Of a stretch of 64,000 nucleotides of DNA, positions 19,404 to 30,160 are shown piece by piece. Within the stretch, counting starts at the first letter, position 1; each line of letters begins with the position of its first letter. This DNA comes from Candidatus Latescibacterota bacterium (lineage in GTDB: Bacteria > Latescibacterota > UBA2968), in the NCBI GenBank assembly GCA_965204375.1, contig OZ241986.1:1248001-1312000 (forward strand). Direction: 5' to 3'. Both the position numbers and the translations under genes were made by a program. Below the pieces are notes generated by a model that saw nothing but the letters and a program-made list of their open reading frames with translations, ran no database searches and was not told the origin of the DNA.

Positions 19404-19432
19404 AATATAAATTTTTAGCCGATTACTGGCAA
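19404..19432 (-). promoter_or_regulatory. Sigma70 promoter of tRNA-Gln
   Basis: TTGCCA-N17-TATATT on the minus strand. Confidence 0.65.
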
Positions 19433-19440
19433 CTTTCTTT

Positions 19441-21123
19441 TTACTTCTTCCCACCTCTCACCCTCGCCCATGTGTCGCGCAGGGTGATTGTTCGGTTTAA
19501 TACGAGCTTTTCATCTGATGAATCTGGATCGACACAGAAATAGCCCAGGCGTTCGAATTGAACCACACTGCCAGCTTCTGCTCCTTTCAGGCTCGGCTCG
19601 ACATAACATACGGGACGCACTTCAAGGGAGTCGGGATTTAAGTTGTCTGTAAAGTCCTGTCCATCTTCAGTGCGGGTTGGGTTTTCAGTCATGAACAGCC
19701 GATCAAATAATCGCACTTCGGCTTTTAGAGCGTGTTTGGCGGATACCCAGTGCAGGGTTGAGCGCACCCGGCGTTTATCGGGCGTTGTGCCGCCGCGGCT
19801 TTCGGGATCCCAGGTGCAGCGCAGTTCGATTATGTTGCCGTTGTCGTCTTTTATTGCTTCCCGACAGGTGATATAACACGCCGCGCGCAATCGCACCTCT
19901 CGTCCAGGCGCAAGACGGTAAAATTTGCGCGGAGGATCTTCCATGAAATCTTCCCGCTCAATGTACAATTCCCGCGAAAAGGGCACGGGGCGCGTGCCTG
20001 CATCGGGGTCTTCGGGATTGATCATGGCTTCAAATGTCTCTTCTTCGCCTTCGGGATAGTTTTCAATGAGCACTTTTAAGGGGTCGATCACGCCCATTAC
20101 CCGAGGCGCGACTTTGTTCAGGTATTCGCGGATATAGAATTCAAATAAATCTATTTCCGCAGTTGTATCCCGCCGGTTCATTCCCACGCGCCAGATAAAA
20201 TTTTTAATGGCTTTCGGCGGTATCCCGCGCCGTCGCATGCCCGAAAGCGTGGGCATGCGCGGGTCGTTCCATCCGTTTACGAGATTGCGTTCGACCAGTT
20301 GGGTCAACATGCGCTTGCTGGTCAATGTGTAGGTGATGTTTAGCCGTGCAAATTCAATTTGTCGCGAGGGAAAGATCTCTAATTGCTGGATGTACCAGTC
20401 GTACAGAGGGCGGTGTTCTGCAAACTCGATGCTGCACAGCGAGTGCGTGACTTGCTCAATGGCATCGGATTGCCCGTGCGCCCAATCGTACATTGGGTAA
20501 ATACACCATTTGTCGCCCGTGCGATGGTGCGATGTGTGTTTGATCCGATACATGACGGGATCGCGCATGTTCATATTTGGCGATGCCATATCGGCTTTTG
20601 CGCGCAATGTACACGCACCATCGAGAAAGTCTCCATTTTTCATCCGCGCAAATAGGTCGAGATTTTCCGATACGGTGCGATTGCGATAAGGGCTGTTTTT
20701 CCCCGGCTCTGTTACTGTGCCACGGTATTCGCGTATTTCCTGTGGACTCAAGTCGCAAACATAGGCTTTTCCCTGTTGAATGAGTTCCACGGCATAATCG
20801 TAGAGTTGGCCAAAATAGTCAGAGGCAAAGTACAATCCGTCGCCCCAATCAAAGCCCATCCATTTTAAATCTTCCTGGATAGACTCGACGTATTCGGTGT
20901 CTTCCCTGTCCGGGTTGGTGTCGTCAAACCGGAGATTGCACTGTCCGTCAAATTCCTCGGCGAGACCAAAGTCCAGGCAAAAAGCCTTGGCATGGCCGAT
21001 GTGCAGATAGCCATTTGGCTCTGGGGGGAAGCGCGTTACGATTTTTTTGTGTTTGCCATTTTTTACGTCTTCGCGAACAATTTCTCGGATGAAATCCGTT
21101 GGTGCGTCTTCAGTTGTTGCCAT
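19441..21123 (-). CDS. glnS: Glutamine--tRNA ligase
   Basis: [39 protein letters not shown]. Confidence 0.97.
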   Translation of the reverse strand: MATTEDAPTDFIREIVREDVKNGKHKKIVTRFPPEPNGYLHIGHAKAFCLDFGLAEEFDGQCNLRFDDTNPDREDTEYVESIQEDLKWMGFDWGDGLYFASDYFGQLYDYAVELIQQGKAYVCDLSPQEIREYRGTVTEPGKNSPYRNRTVSENLDLFARMKNGDFLDGACTLRAKADMASPNMNMRDPVMYRIKHTSHHRTGDKWCIYPMYDWAHGQSDAIEQVTHSLCSIEFAEHRPLYDWYIQQLEIFPSRQIEFARLNITYTLTSKRMLTQLVERNLVNGWNDPRMPTLSGMRRRGIPPKAIKNFIWRVGMNRRDTTAEIDLFEFYIREYLNKVAPRVMGVIDPLKVLIENYPEGEEETFEAMINPEDPDAGTRPVPFSRELYIEREDFMEDPPRKFYRLAPGREVRLRAACYITCREAIKDDNGNIIELRCTWDPESRGGTTPDKRRVRSTLHWVSAKHALKAEVRLFDRLFMTENPTRTEDGQDFTDNLNPDSLEVRPVCYVEPSLKGAEAGSVVQFERLGYFCVDPDSSDEKLVLNRTITLRDTWARVRGGKK

Positions 21124-21142
21124 TTTAAGCCCTTTGGGGTGG

Positions 21143-22876
21143 TTAGTTGTTAGTCTTCAGCTTTTTTATTTCACACCTCACACTTTCTACTACCTGATCC
21201 AGAGGCACATCTGTGCGATCATTTTCATGTCGCAGTTTCATTTCCACTTGCCCATTTGCCAGGCCGCGCGATCCCACGGTCAACCGTATTGGGATGCCGA
21301 TTAAATCTGCATCGTTGAATTTTACGCCTGCGCGTTCATCGCGGTCGTCGAGCAAGACATCCACTCCCGCGGCCTTCAGTTGTTCATACAATTTCTCGGC
21401 GGCTTCCAGTTCTCCTGCGGGTTTTCGGCCGGTCAGGACTACGATTTGCACCTCAAAGGGCGCGACCGATATCGGCCAGATAATGCCGTGGTCGTCGTGA
21501 TGGGCTTCGATAATACAGGCCAATAATCTGCCCACGCCAATGCCGTAACACCCCATGAAGAGGGGCTGCATTTTGCCGTTTTCATCCAGGACCTTCGCGC
21601 CCATGCTGTCGCTGTACTTTGTGCCGAGCTTGAAGATATTGCCCACTTCAATGCCACGCGTGCTGTCGAGCGGGGCTTCGCATACTGGGCAGGGCATGCC
21701 TTTTTCTACGGCGATGAGGTCTGTGACGATGTCGGGATCAAAATCGCGTCCCACGTTGACATTCAGGCAGTGATACCCTTCCTCATTCGCGCCGGATACA
21801 AAATTTGTCCCTTTTGCTATGGCTTCATCTACGACTACGATTGCATTTTTTACGGCCATTGGCGAGGCATATCCGGGGACTGCGCCGACTGCGGTGATTT
21901 CCTCATCTGTTGCCGGACGCAATGCCTGCGCCTTTACCGCGTTGGCGAGTTTGGTCTCATTCAACTCGTGATCGCCGCGCAATACGGCAAATATGAACTT
22001 CTCTTCGCCACTTATTGTGCCGATTAAAAATACGGCTTTGGCCGTTTTGCTCTGCGGTACATTCAAAAACGACGCGACTTCTTCAATGGTTTTGCAATTG
22101 GGAGTCGCTACTTTTTGCAGGGGTTTTTCGTTTTCCTCTTCAATGGTTTCCCGCTTATATGTCGCCACCTGTCGATTGGCTTGATAACCGCAGGTATCGC
22201 ACAAGAGCAGGGTGTCTTCACCGCCCGGGTTTAAGTACATAAATTCATGCGCTTCTGTTCCGCCCATCATTCCCGGGTCGCTTTCTACTGAGATGACGTG
22301 GTCGCCCAATCCCGCGTGCTCAAATATCCGTTGATAGGCCTCGTACATGCGCGGGTAATACGCATCTAAATCCGCCTGATCGATGTGAAAACTGTATCCG
22401 TCTTTCATCGTAAATTCGCGTACGCGAATCAATCCGCCTCGGCTACGCGGTTCGTCGCGGAATTTGGTCTGTAGCTGAAACGCGCTCAATGGCAATTGTC
22501 GATAGCTCTGTACCATGTGACGCGCCAAATCGGTTACGGCTTCTTCGTGTGTCATTGCCAGACACATGTCGCGGTCTGCGCGGTCTTTCATGCGCATCAT
22601 TTCCTGGCCCACATCGTTCCATCGACCACTCTCGTGCCAGATTTCCGCGGGTTGTACTACGGGCATCGAAATTTCAAAGCAATCTGCGCGTTCCATTTCT
22701 TCGCGCAATATCTGTTCGATCTTTCGCTTCACGCGTAATCCCAGCGGTAAAAAGCTAAAAATTCCCGATGCTAGAGAGCGAATCAGCCCCGCACGCAAGG
22801 CCAACTGGTGACTGATTGCCTCTGCATCTGCAGGCACTTCGCGCAGGGTTTGTGTCAATAATTGAGAATAGCGCAT
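21143..22876 (-). CDS. proS: Proline--tRNA ligase (bacterial type with INS editing domain)
   Basis: [44 protein letters not shown]; start ATG 22876. Confidence 0.97.
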   Translation of the reverse strand: MRYSQLLTQTLREVPADAEAISHQLALRAGLIRSLASGIFSFLPLGLRVKRKIEQILREEMERADCFEISMPVVQPAEIWHESGRWNDVGQEMMRMKDRADRDMCLAMTHEEAVTDLARHMVQSYRQLPLSAFQLQTKFRDEPRSRGGLIRVREFTMKDGYSFHIDQADLDAYYPRMYEAYQRIFEHAGLGDHVISVESDPGMMGGTEAHEFMYLNPGGEDTLLLCDTCGYQANRQVATYKRETIEEENEKPLQKVATPNCKTIEEVASFLNVPQSKTAKAVFLIGTISGEEKFIFAVLRGDHELNETKLANAVKAQALRPATDEEITAVGAVPGYASPMAVKNAIVVVDEAIAKGTNFVSGANEEGYHCLNVNVGRDFDPDIVTDLIAVEKGMPCPVCEAPLDSTRGIEVGNIFKLGTKYSDSMGAKVLDENGKMQPLFMGCYGIGVGRLLACIIEAHHDDHGIIWPISVAPFEVQIVVLTGRKPAGELEAAEKLYEQLKAAGVDVLLDDRDERAGVKFNDADLIGIPIRLTVGSRGLANGQVEMKLRHENDRTDVPLDQVVESVRCEIKKLKTNN

Positions 22877-22996
22877 TTCTATCCCTTTAGAAAATCCTTG
22901 GAAAAATATAAACAAAATATGGAGGCAAGAGCCAAATATTGTGTTCAGTTTGATATTGTGGACGATTTGGCATCACATAAAGTTTCACGATGGGCA

Positions 22997-23677
22997 TCAT
23001 GCACGTCCAAGTGCGATTAACAGATCTGGACGATTCGAGCCGATGGCGTCAACTCCCAGATCTATAACACGCTGTATCTCTTCAACCGTGTCGGGATTCC
23101 AGGCGCGGATCAGGAGGCCGTGTGCATGGGCTTTCTGGACGAGCTGAGCGTCAATATTGGGATGCAGGATGTGTATCCCTGTCGCTCCCATATCTACAGC
23201 TTGTTCACACGCATCAGGTGGTGGATTCGACCACAACGCGCCCAGCGCCAGGCTCGGATTGAGTTGACGCGCTTCGCGCAGCCGCTCATGGACAAAGGAG
23301 GTCAGAAGTACCTCGCTTTCTATATTATTTCGCTCAACCGTCCGGACGACCGGCTCGGCGGTGTCTGGCCCCTTTAGTTCAATCTGAAGAACCACCTTCC
23401 CGCGCACCAGATCTATCACTTCCTGTAGCGTCGGAATGCGCTCTCCTTTGCCGGCGTCCAACAGCTTAATTTCCGCTAACGTAAAGTCGGCGACTGCACC
23501 CTGTCCATCGGTCGTTCGATCTACGGTGGTATCGTGAATGACGACGAGGTGCTGATCGCGCGTGAGATGCACGTCAATTTCGATCTGATCGACGCCGAGA
23601 TCTATCGCTTTTTGCATAGATAGTAGCGTGTTTTCAGGTTCGAGTTCTGCTGCTCCCCGGTGTCCTGTAAGAATCAT
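22997..23677 (-). CDS. Glycerophosphodiester phosphodiesterase
   Basis: GHRG..PENT, EIDVH, HD.TVDRTT, IELK. Confidence 0.92.
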   Translation of the reverse strand: MILTGHRGAAELEPENTLLSMQKAIDLGVDQIEIDVHLTRDQHLVVIHDTTVDRTTDGQGAVADFTLAEIKLLDAGKGERIPTLQEVIDLVRGKVVLQIELKGPDTAEPVVRTVERNNIESEVLLTSFVHERLREARQLNPSLALGALWSNPPPDACEQAVDMGATGIHILHPNIDAQLVQKAHAHGLLIRAWNPDTVEEIQRVIDLGVDAIGSNRPDLLIALGRA

Positions 23678-23705
23678 TTGAGTCCTCTCTGTAGTAATGA
23701 AAAAT

Positions 23706-24521
23706 CTATCCAATTTCGACGACTAACCCATCTTCGCCCACCATGACTTCGCCATTATATTCTTTGCGAATCTGGTCGCCCATGCGATGCACAGCTTGTA
23801 GATCACCCGTAATGTCTTCGATTACCAGATGCTTGATTATCACGCGTTTTACATTGGCTTCAGTTGCGATTTCTGCGATTTCTGGCGGTGTAATATGCCA
23901 CGATCCCCAGGGTTGGGTCGCCAAAAATTCAGCGGTGCCCGAACATTCTATGGACAATAAATCGGCATTTTGACAGAATGCTGAGAATTCCGCATCGGGA
24001 TTTCCGTCGCCCGTGATTACGACGCGGTGATCTCTGGTATCGATGCGGTAGGCGAGCGTGGGGATGCCGCCGTGATCTGTGAATGTTGCGGATAATTGAA
24101 AGTCGTCCGTGGATAGAAATTCACCTTTTTCCCCGATCTCAATGACTTCTGGATCGAGTACACTGTCGTCTTTTCCATGCCCAATTCGACTTTGAATATC
24201 CTGCTCAAAGGGCGGGCGAATCACATGCGATATAAAGTGTTTTGTTCCGACGGGACCATAAATTTGAAGGGGCTTTTTGCGTACCTTTACCCATCCCACA
24301 AATACGAGATAGGGGACATCGACGATGTGATCGAAGTGCAGGTGCGTCAAGAATAGTTGATCTACATCTTCGCAATTCACACCTGCGCGTGCCAGATTTG
24401 TACACGCCGACCGACCGCAGTCAAACATCCAGTTTTCATTGCCAATTTGCAATAATTGCGATGGTCCGCCGCGATTGGGATTGTCTCGCACCGCACCGCT
24501 GCCGAGCATGATATATCGCAT
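23706..24521 (-). CDS. MBL-fold hydrolase (RNase Z/AtsA-like)
   Basis: LGSG, FDCG, THLHFDH, TGD; start ATG 24521 after GAGGA. Confidence 0.88.
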   Translation of the reverse strand: MRYIMLGSGAVRDNPNRGGPSQLLQIGNENWMFDCGRSACTNLARAGVNCEDVDQLFLTHLHFDHIVDVPYLVFVGWVKVRKKPLQIYGPVGTKHFISHVIRPPFEQDIQSRIGHGKDDSVLDPEVIEIGEKGEFLSTDDFQLSATFTDHGGIPTLAYRIDTRDHRVVITGDGNPDAEFSAFCQNADLLSIECSGTAEFLATQPWGSWHITPPEIAEIATEANVKRVIIKHLVIEDITGDLQAVHRMGDQIRKEYNGEVMVGEDGLVVEIG

Positions 24522-24531
24522 GGTTAATCCT

Positions 24532-25494
24532 CTATAATGGTCCGTTGACGGGGAATTCGGGTTTTTGTCCGTTGAGGACGCGCACGATATCCGCTGCGAC
24601 CATTGCCATTTTTTGTATTGATTCAGCCGAGTGGCCGGAATAATGGGGGGATAGGAGGACGTTGTCGAGTTCACACAGGGGATTGTCTGGGGTTGCGGGT
24701 TCTCGTTCAAAGACGTCGATGATTGCGCCGCCAATTTGTTTGTTTTGGAGTGCGGTTACGAGTGCCCGTTCGTCGATGACTGGCCCGCGGCTGCAATTGG
24801 CGATGATGGCGTGGGGTTGCATGCGGGCGAGTGTATCGGCATTGATGAGGTGATGCGTGCTGTCGAGGAGGGGGACGTTGAGGCTGATATAGTCCGAGGT
24901 AGAGAGGAGGTCGTCCAATTCCACGCGGCGCACATTCAGGCGATTTTCCTCTTCTGTGGATGCGGGAAATTCATCGGTGTAGATGACGTTCATTCTGAAG
25001 CCGAGGGAGCAGATTTCCGCAAGGCGCTGGCCTATGCGACCAAACCCGATAATGCCCAGGGTTTTGCCCAGTAATTCTGGGGCGTGTACGCGGTCTCGGA
25101 GCGCCCAGTCGCCGGAACGGGTTGCGACATCGGCCTGACCAATTTTGCGCGGCAGAGCTATGAAGGACATGGCGAGATATTCGGCGACGGCTTCAACGGG
25201 GGCACCGGGTGTGTTGACGACGTAGATACCGCGCTGGGTGGCGGCGTCAATGTCGATGTTATCGACGCCAATGCCATGGCGACCTATGACTTTGAGGCGC
25301 GGTGCCCGGTCCATTACTGGCCCGTCGATGAAGCCTCGAGCGCGTGCGAGAATGCCGTCAGCGTCTTTGACCGAGGCGATGATTTGATCGGGTTCAAAGC
25401 CTTTTGCCCAGAGGATTTCGCAGTCGTTTTTGAGGAGGTGATCTTGTCCACAGGGATGTACGGGTTCAAAGAGCAGGATATTGAATTTTGCCAC
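24532..25494 (-). CDS. D-2-hydroxyacid dehydrogenase (phosphoglycerate dehydrogenase-like)
   Basis: RHGIGVDNID, GIIGFGRIG, NCSRG, DVFEREP, SPH. Confidence 0.92.
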   Translation of the reverse strand: MAKFNILLFEPVHPCGQDHLLKNDCEILWAKGFEPDQIIASVKDADGILARARGFIDGPVMDRAPRLKVIGRHGIGVDNIDIDAATQRGIYVVNTPGAPVEAVAEYLAMSFIALPRKIGQADVATRSGDWALRDRVHAPELLGKTLGIIGFGRIGQRLAEICSLGFRMNVIYTDEFPASTEEENRLNVRRVELDDLLSTSDYISLNVPLLDSTHHLINADTLARMQPHAIIANCSRGPVIDERALVTALQNKQIGGAIIDVFEREPATPDNPLCELDNVLLSPHYSGHSAESIQKMAMVAADIVRVLNGQKPEFPVNGPL

Positions 25495-25638
25495 GGTGCG
25501 TCCTTTCTATAGTTGTTTTGTGAGAAATATAGTGTATATCCAGAGTGTGATTTTGTCAAGGTGCGAGGATTTTGTTTTTTTGATATTCCGCCTTGCTTCA
25601 TTTTTGGGTTTTATATATATTTCATTGCTCTATGAGGC

Positions 25639-25713
25639 GACCCCGTCGTTCAGTGGTTAGGACACCGGGTTTTCATCCCGGCAACGGGGGTTCGATTCCC
25701 CTCGGGGTCGCCA
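25639..25713 (+). tRNA. tRNA-Glu(TTC)
   Basis: Acceptor GACCCCG/CGGGGTC, anticodon arm CCGGG-TTTTCAT-CCCGG, CCA; upstream TTGCTT-N17-TATATT at 25593-25621. Confidence 0.97.
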
Positions 25714-25735
25714 TTAAAATTGAATGTGTTATTCA

Positions 25736-25768
25736 AAGGGTCGTGATCTCACGGCCCTTATTTTATTT
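25736..25768 (+). terminator. Intrinsic terminator after tRNA-Glu
   Basis: AAGGGTCGTGA-TC-TCACGGCCCTT followed by a T-rich tail. Confidence 0.7.
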
Positions 25769-25848
25769 GTGGATGAATGGGAGATACAAGCTATATTGGG
25801 GAATGGTCTGTTTGTTGATCAATATCCCGAATAGAGAAAGGAGTTCTT

Positions 25849-26985
25849 TTGACTATTGCACCTCTTCTTTCACCAGAGGCTTTTGAAGGTATTGAAGGCA
25901 TGACACATCTGTGTACGGGGGGCGAATCCCCATGGCTTAAGAGTCAGGCCGGGGTATATGCCGAATTTGCCAGATTCAAGGGTGGATCGCACAAGGGCCG
26001 CGATAAAATTTACGACCGAGGAGAACGCTGTCGCCAGCGCATGGGACAGCTCTGGAATGTGCCAGCGAATCGCATCGCGTTTATGCCTTCTGCTGCCGAG
26101 GGCATGGGCTGGTTTTCGCGGGGGTTGGACTGGCAGAGTGGCGATAATATTGTGACCAATAATCTCGAGTTTCCCTCTGTGGCGTATGCGTGGAAACATT
26201 TGAGATCCAGGGGCGTTGAAGTTCGTCTGGTGCCGCACGAAAAATGGACGGTGCGCGAAGAGGATCTGCTCGACGCTGTTGATTCTCGCACGCGCGTTCT
26301 CGCTGTTAGCCATGTGGGGTTTTACACGGGGCAGTGTTTGAATTTAGATCAACTCTCTGAGGGTGCGCGGAAGAAAGGCGCGTTATTCGCCGTTGATGCC
26401 ACGCATTCTTCGGGTGTTTTGCGCGTGCCAGCGCAGTTGACCGATCTGACGGTGAGCAGCAGTTACAAATGGCTTCTGGCAACGCACGGCACGGCGCCTT
26501 GTTATTTGAGCGAACGCGTGGAAGATCAGGTGGCTTCGACGTGTTTTGGTTGGCACAATCTCAAGGTGTGGCCCGAACAGACTGCCGAGCGCGATCCCGA
26601 AGTTGCCGAACAACCGATGCCTGAAAAGCTCGAGCCGGGAAATCCAGCTATGCAGGTGATTATGCATCTGGATCACGCGCTGGGCGTGATTTTAGATATT
26701 GGTCCCGAGAAGATAGAAAATCACGCTCGCGATTTGTCCGAACTGGTGTCTCGAGGGCTTGCGAAGCTGGGCTATGAGGTTATTTCGCCAAATAATAGGG
26801 AAGCGCGGTCGGGCAATACCTGTTTTGCGTGTGAGGATGGTCGCGAGATGGTTTATCGCTTGGAGGAGCGCAATGTTTTTTGCTGGGGCGAGTTTGGGCG
26901 GGTGCGCGTTTCCACGCATTTGTATAATGGTAGCGATGATGTGGCGCGATTGCTCAATGCGCTGAGTGAAGTAATCCGCAGATAA
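25849..26985 (+). CDS. Class V PLP-dependent aminotransferase/desulfurase-like enzyme
   Basis: LEFPSV, VDATHS, SSYKWLL (PLP lysine), RVSTHLYN. Confidence 0.9.
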   Translation: MTIAPLLSPEAFEGIEGMTHLCTGGESPWLKSQAGVYAEFARFKGGSHKGRDKIYDRGERCRQRMGQLWNVPANRIAFMPSAAEGMGWFSRGLDWQSGDNIVTNNLEFPSVAYAWKHLRSRGVEVRLVPHEKWTVREEDLLDAVDSRTRVLAVSHVGFYTGQCLNLDQLSEGARKKGALFAVDATHSSGVLRVPAQLTDLTVSSSYKWLLATHGTAPCYLSERVEDQVASTCFGWHNLKVWPEQTAERDPEVAEQPMPEKLEPGNPAMQVIMHLDHALGVILDIGPEKIENHARDLSELVSRGLAKLGYEVISPNNREARSGNTCFACEDGREMVYRLEERNVFCWGEFGRVRVSTHLYNGSDDVARLLNALSEVIRR

Positions 26986-26989
26986 AAAT

Positions 26990-27051
26990 GTAGGGACGGG
27001 TTGAACTGGCCTGTGAGGCGGCCAGTTGTACATCGCTCCAAACCCGCCCGT
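26990..27051 (+). repeat. GTAG-type REP-like palindrome with nested hairpin
   Basis: GTAG-GGACGGGTT ... AACCCGCCCG outer stem; inner AACTGGCC/GGCCAGTT. Confidence 0.55.
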
Positions 27052-27072
27052 TTTTAAGAAAGGATATTAACC

Positions 27073-27903
27073 ATGATGAAATTGGGTTGTATGTCTCTGA
27101 GTTACAAAGATCAGTTCACTGCTGGCGAAATCGATATGGCGGGGTTTATCGACAAGGCGTATGGTCTGCGTCTGGATGGGATTGATATTCACACCCGCGC
27201 GTTTGAATCTGAAGATCCGGCTTATTTACGGGATATTCGCATGCGCTGTCTCAGGCGCGGTCTGGTGATTTCGTATCTCGGTGTGAGCAATGATTTTGGC
27301 AGGCCCCAGGAAGAATTGCAGGAGGTGATAGATACTGTCAAGCACTGGGTCGATGTTGCAGAGTTTATGGGTGTGCCACTCGTGCGGATTTTTGCGGCGT
27401 GGAATCGCAATGATGAGCCTGAAGAACAGGTGTGGGATCGCATGATGCCCTGTATGCAGGAGGTCGCAGAGTATGGGCAACAAAAGGGCATTGTTCTGGG
27501 CTTACACAATCACAATCACGGGTGTGTTACGCGCACGGGTAAAGATGTGCGCCGAATTCTCGAGACGGTCGATAATCCCTATTTGTCCCATATTCTCGAT
27601 ACGGGGCAATACGTCGGGTCGCCGGGGTCGAGCGGTCAGCGCGGGACAGAAGATCCGGCATTGGATTTCTATGGAAGTATTGCGGAGACAGCCCCGCTTG
27701 CCGTGCATGTCCGCGCAAAGGTCTATCGCGTCTCTACGGGAGAAGAGGTCTGGCTGAATTATCCGCGCATTTTCGAGATTTTGAATGGGGTGAATTACAA
27801 CGGCTGGGTGTCGATCGTGTATGAGGGACAGGATGAAGAGGCAGAAGAGACAGCGGTTCCCAAGGCTGTGAATTATCTAAGACAATTTGTGCCGGAGGGA
27901 TAA
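27073..27903 (+). CDS. Sugar phosphate isomerase/epimerase (xylose isomerase-like TIM barrel)
   Basis: VRIFA, LGLHNH, LDTGQ, VHVRAK, SIVYEG. Confidence 0.88.
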   Translation: MMKLGCMSLSYKDQFTAGEIDMAGFIDKAYGLRLDGIDIHTRAFESEDPAYLRDIRMRCLRRGLVISYLGVSNDFGRPQEELQEVIDTVKHWVDVAEFMGVPLVRIFAAWNRNDEPEEQVWDRMMPCMQEVAEYGQQKGIVLGLHNHNHGCVTRTGKDVRRILETVDNPYLSHILDTGQYVGSPGSSGQRGTEDPALDFYGSIAETAPLAVHVRAKVYRVSTGEEVWLNYPRIFEILNGVNYNGWVSIVYEGQDEEAEETAVPKAVNYLRQFVPEG

Positions 27904-27963
27904 AGAAAAAGCGGCAATGCGCTGATGGTCTGGCGTGCCGAAGTTTGCAAAAGGGGAGAGGTC

Positions 27964-29721
27964 ATGCCCTGGGATAGCGAGAGCTTGTTGCAGCAACTCG
28001 AACTTGGCGAGGATAGCCGCGTCGAGTTCAAAGAAGCCGTATTCACCGGCAACCGCGTCAGTGCGCTTCATCGGGACTCCATCGCCGACGAGTTGGCTGC
28101 TTTTGGCAATACCATTGGTGGCACATTGATCTTCAGTGTATCGGATGCCGGTGAGGTCCGGGCGATGAATCGGCAACAGATGGATGCGTTGGAAGCCTTT
28201 GTCAGCGAGATTTGTTCGGATAGCATCCGTCCCCCGCTGGCGTTTGTCACCCAACGGCTGGTTCTGGCGGATGGTTCGTTCGTATTGATCGTCGAAGTTG
28301 AACAGAGTGCGCTGGTACACAAGAGTCCTGGAGGATACTTCATACGACAGGGCAGTGCCAGGCGGGAGCTTTCGTCGGAAGCATTGCACCGCCTGTTTCA
28401 ACAACGGGGGCGTTCAGGCCTCCTTGGCCCTGACGAAGCGATTGTAACTGGAACTGGACCCAATACGCTTGACGCGACGCTTGTGGACCGTTTCTTGAGC
28501 TCGCGCGCCACTGAGCCTACCGACGCTCAACTCGCAAAGCTGGGACTGGTGCGGGAGGATGACAGCGGTGTGATTCGTGCAACGGTTGCCGGGGTGCTAC
28601 TTTGCACGGCGCGTCCGGATGAGCACATACGCGGTGCGATGATCGAAGCCGTTCGCTATCGCGGCACAGTGCTTGGTCGCGCGAGCCAGCACGACGCGGC
28701 GTCAATCACTGGTCCATTGGACCAGCAGGTCCGCGACGCCATCAATTTCGCCAGGCTCAACACGCGGGTGGCGGCGCGCAAAGACCCTGGGCGGGTGGAA
28801 GTCCCGCAATTTAGTCCGCGGGCGGTGTTCGAGGCCATCGTCAACGCCGTGGTTCATCGCGACTACTCAATAGAGAGTGCGAAGATACGGCTCTTTATCT
28901 TTGACGATCGGCTTGAGTTATACTCTCCGGGTGCCCTGCCCAACACGCTGCCTATCGAAGCCATGCGAAATCGACAAGCCACCCGCAACGAAACGCTCGC
29001 GTCTGTCTTCCGTATGCTTGCAGTAGGGGATATCGTCGGTGCTGGTGACCGGCAGTACTTTCTGGAGCAACGCGGCGAAGGTGTTCCGATTATCTATGAG
29101 CAGACGCGTGATCTGACAGGGCGCGATCCGGATTACGAACTGCTTGATGGCGCAGAACTGCGGCTGACAATACCGTCCGCCCGTCCGCCGGTAACGGGCA
29201 CTGAAGGTGAGGTGTCGGTATCTGCCGAGGGGCGGCCACTCGCGGGTGCAAAGGTCGTTGCGCTGTATCCCAACAAGACCTGGATGGAAGGGGAGACCGA
29301 TACGTTCGGTCGGGTCGGTTTCGGGTTTCACTCGGAACTCCCCATCACTGTTTTCTGCGCGGCACCGGGGCACAGAGCTTCTGTGGAGCGAGATTGGCAC
29401 CCGCCAGAACCGCTCTCTGTACAGCTCGAGACGTTGCCGATGGGAGGATCAGAGATTTTCACGGAAAGAACAGGTCATTTGCCCGATTTGACCGGGCGAC
29501 TAAATCCGATCCTTGACGACCTTGATCGCATGTACCTTCATGCGACGAATATTGCCATTGACGAAGGTAAGCAGCAACCCGTTTACTTCAAATTGAATCA
29601 GCCCTTGCGGCTCACGGATGTCAACGGTTCTGAGTGGATTGTGCGGTTTGTTGAGATGATTGGGAGGTCGGCACTGTTGGAATACGAGCCCCCGGATAAC
29701 AGACGGAGGACCGATGAATAG
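27964..29721 (+). CDS. Schlafen/AlbA_2 domain + HATPase_c_4 (RecG C-terminal-like) protein with extra C-terminal beta-rich region
   Basis: GEDSRVEFKE, AAFGNTIGG, EAIVNAVVHRDY, DRLELYSPG, RNETLA, EQRGEGV; tail EGRPLAGAKVVAL...TDTFGRV. Confidence 0.85.
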   Translation: MPWDSESLLQQLELGEDSRVEFKEAVFTGNRVSALHRDSIADELAAFGNTIGGTLIFSVSDAGEVRAMNRQQMDALEAFVSEICSDSIRPPLAFVTQRLVLADGSFVLIVEVEQSALVHKSPGGYFIRQGSARRELSSEALHRLFQQRGRSGLLGPDEAIVTGTGPNTLDATLVDRFLSSRATEPTDAQLAKLGLVREDDSGVIRATVAGVLLCTARPDEHIRGAMIEAVRYRGTVLGRASQHDAASITGPLDQQVRDAINFARLNTRVAARKDPGRVEVPQFSPRAVFEAIVNAVVHRDYSIESAKIRLFIFDDRLELYSPGALPNTLPIEAMRNRQATRNETLASVFRMLAVGDIVGAGDRQYFLEQRGEGVPIIYEQTRDLTGRDPDYELLDGAELRLTIPSARPPVTGTEGEVSVSAEGRPLAGAKVVALYPNKTWMEGETDTFGRVGFGFHSELPITVFCAAPGHRASVERDWHPPEPLSVQLETLPMGGSEIFTERTGHLPDLTGRLNPILDDLDRMYLHATNIAIDEGKQQPVYFKLNQPLRLTDVNGSEWIVRFVEMIGRSALLEYEPPDNRRRTDE

Positions 29722-30004
29722 AGATGATGTTCTGAATGTGCTCCGAGCGCACAAGGCGATCCTGTCACAACGCTTTGGCGTCACAGAACTCGCCTTATTT
29801 GGATCGGTTGTTCGCAATCAGGCATCGGAAGACAGCGATATCGACATCCTGGTTCGTTTCGATGGACCTGCAACCTCAAAAGCCTATTTCGGCACTCAGT
29901 TCTATCTGGAGGACCTGCTGGGGCATCCGGTTGATCTAGTCACCAACAAGGCATTGCGGGCAGAACTGCGTCCTTATGTAGAGAGGGAGGCAGTCAATGT
30001 TTAA
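29714..30004 (+). CDS. Minimal nucleotidyltransferase (MntA-type antitoxin)
   Basis: LFGSVVR...SDIDILV, LEDLLGHPVDLVT; GGAGG RBS. Confidence 0.92.
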   Translation: MNRDDVLNVLRAHKAILSQRFGVTELALFGSVVRNQASEDSDIDILVRFDGPATSKAYFGTQFYLEDLLGHPVDLVTNKALRAELRPYVEREAVNV

Positions 30005-30071
30005 TGCCGGACAGGAACCACGGGAGTGGCACTTGTATGTGGGGGCTATAATCGAAATGGACACGGGTTGA
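29997..30071 (+). pseudogene. N-terminal stub (24 codons) of a HEPN/DUF86 (HepT-like) toxin
   Basis: ATG overlapping the MNT stop; MFNAGQEPREWHLYVGAIIEMDTG* resembles the REW.LY...I start of DUF86 proteins; no RxxxxH region follows. Confidence 0.6.
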
Positions 30072-30096
30072 CAAATCGAGACTAATACTCTATTCT
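30068..30096 (+). promoter_or_regulatory. Sigma70 promoter upstream of the membrane-protein pair
   Basis: TTGACA-N17-TATTCT; TTGACAA is mirrored by TTGTCAA at 30105-30111. Confidence 0.6.
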
Positions 30097-30160
30097 ATAA
30101 TACCTTGTCAATATCAGAAAGAGTAAGCCAGATACCAGAAGGATATTTAGCGAATCCAAT

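Noticed and set aside
22876-22997. T-box riboswitch upstream of proS
   Set aside because: The spacer is short (about 120 nt) and no T-box consensus is visible.
19137-25713. tRNA genes as island integration sites
   Set aside because: I saw no duplicated tRNA 3' end and no adjacent integrase.
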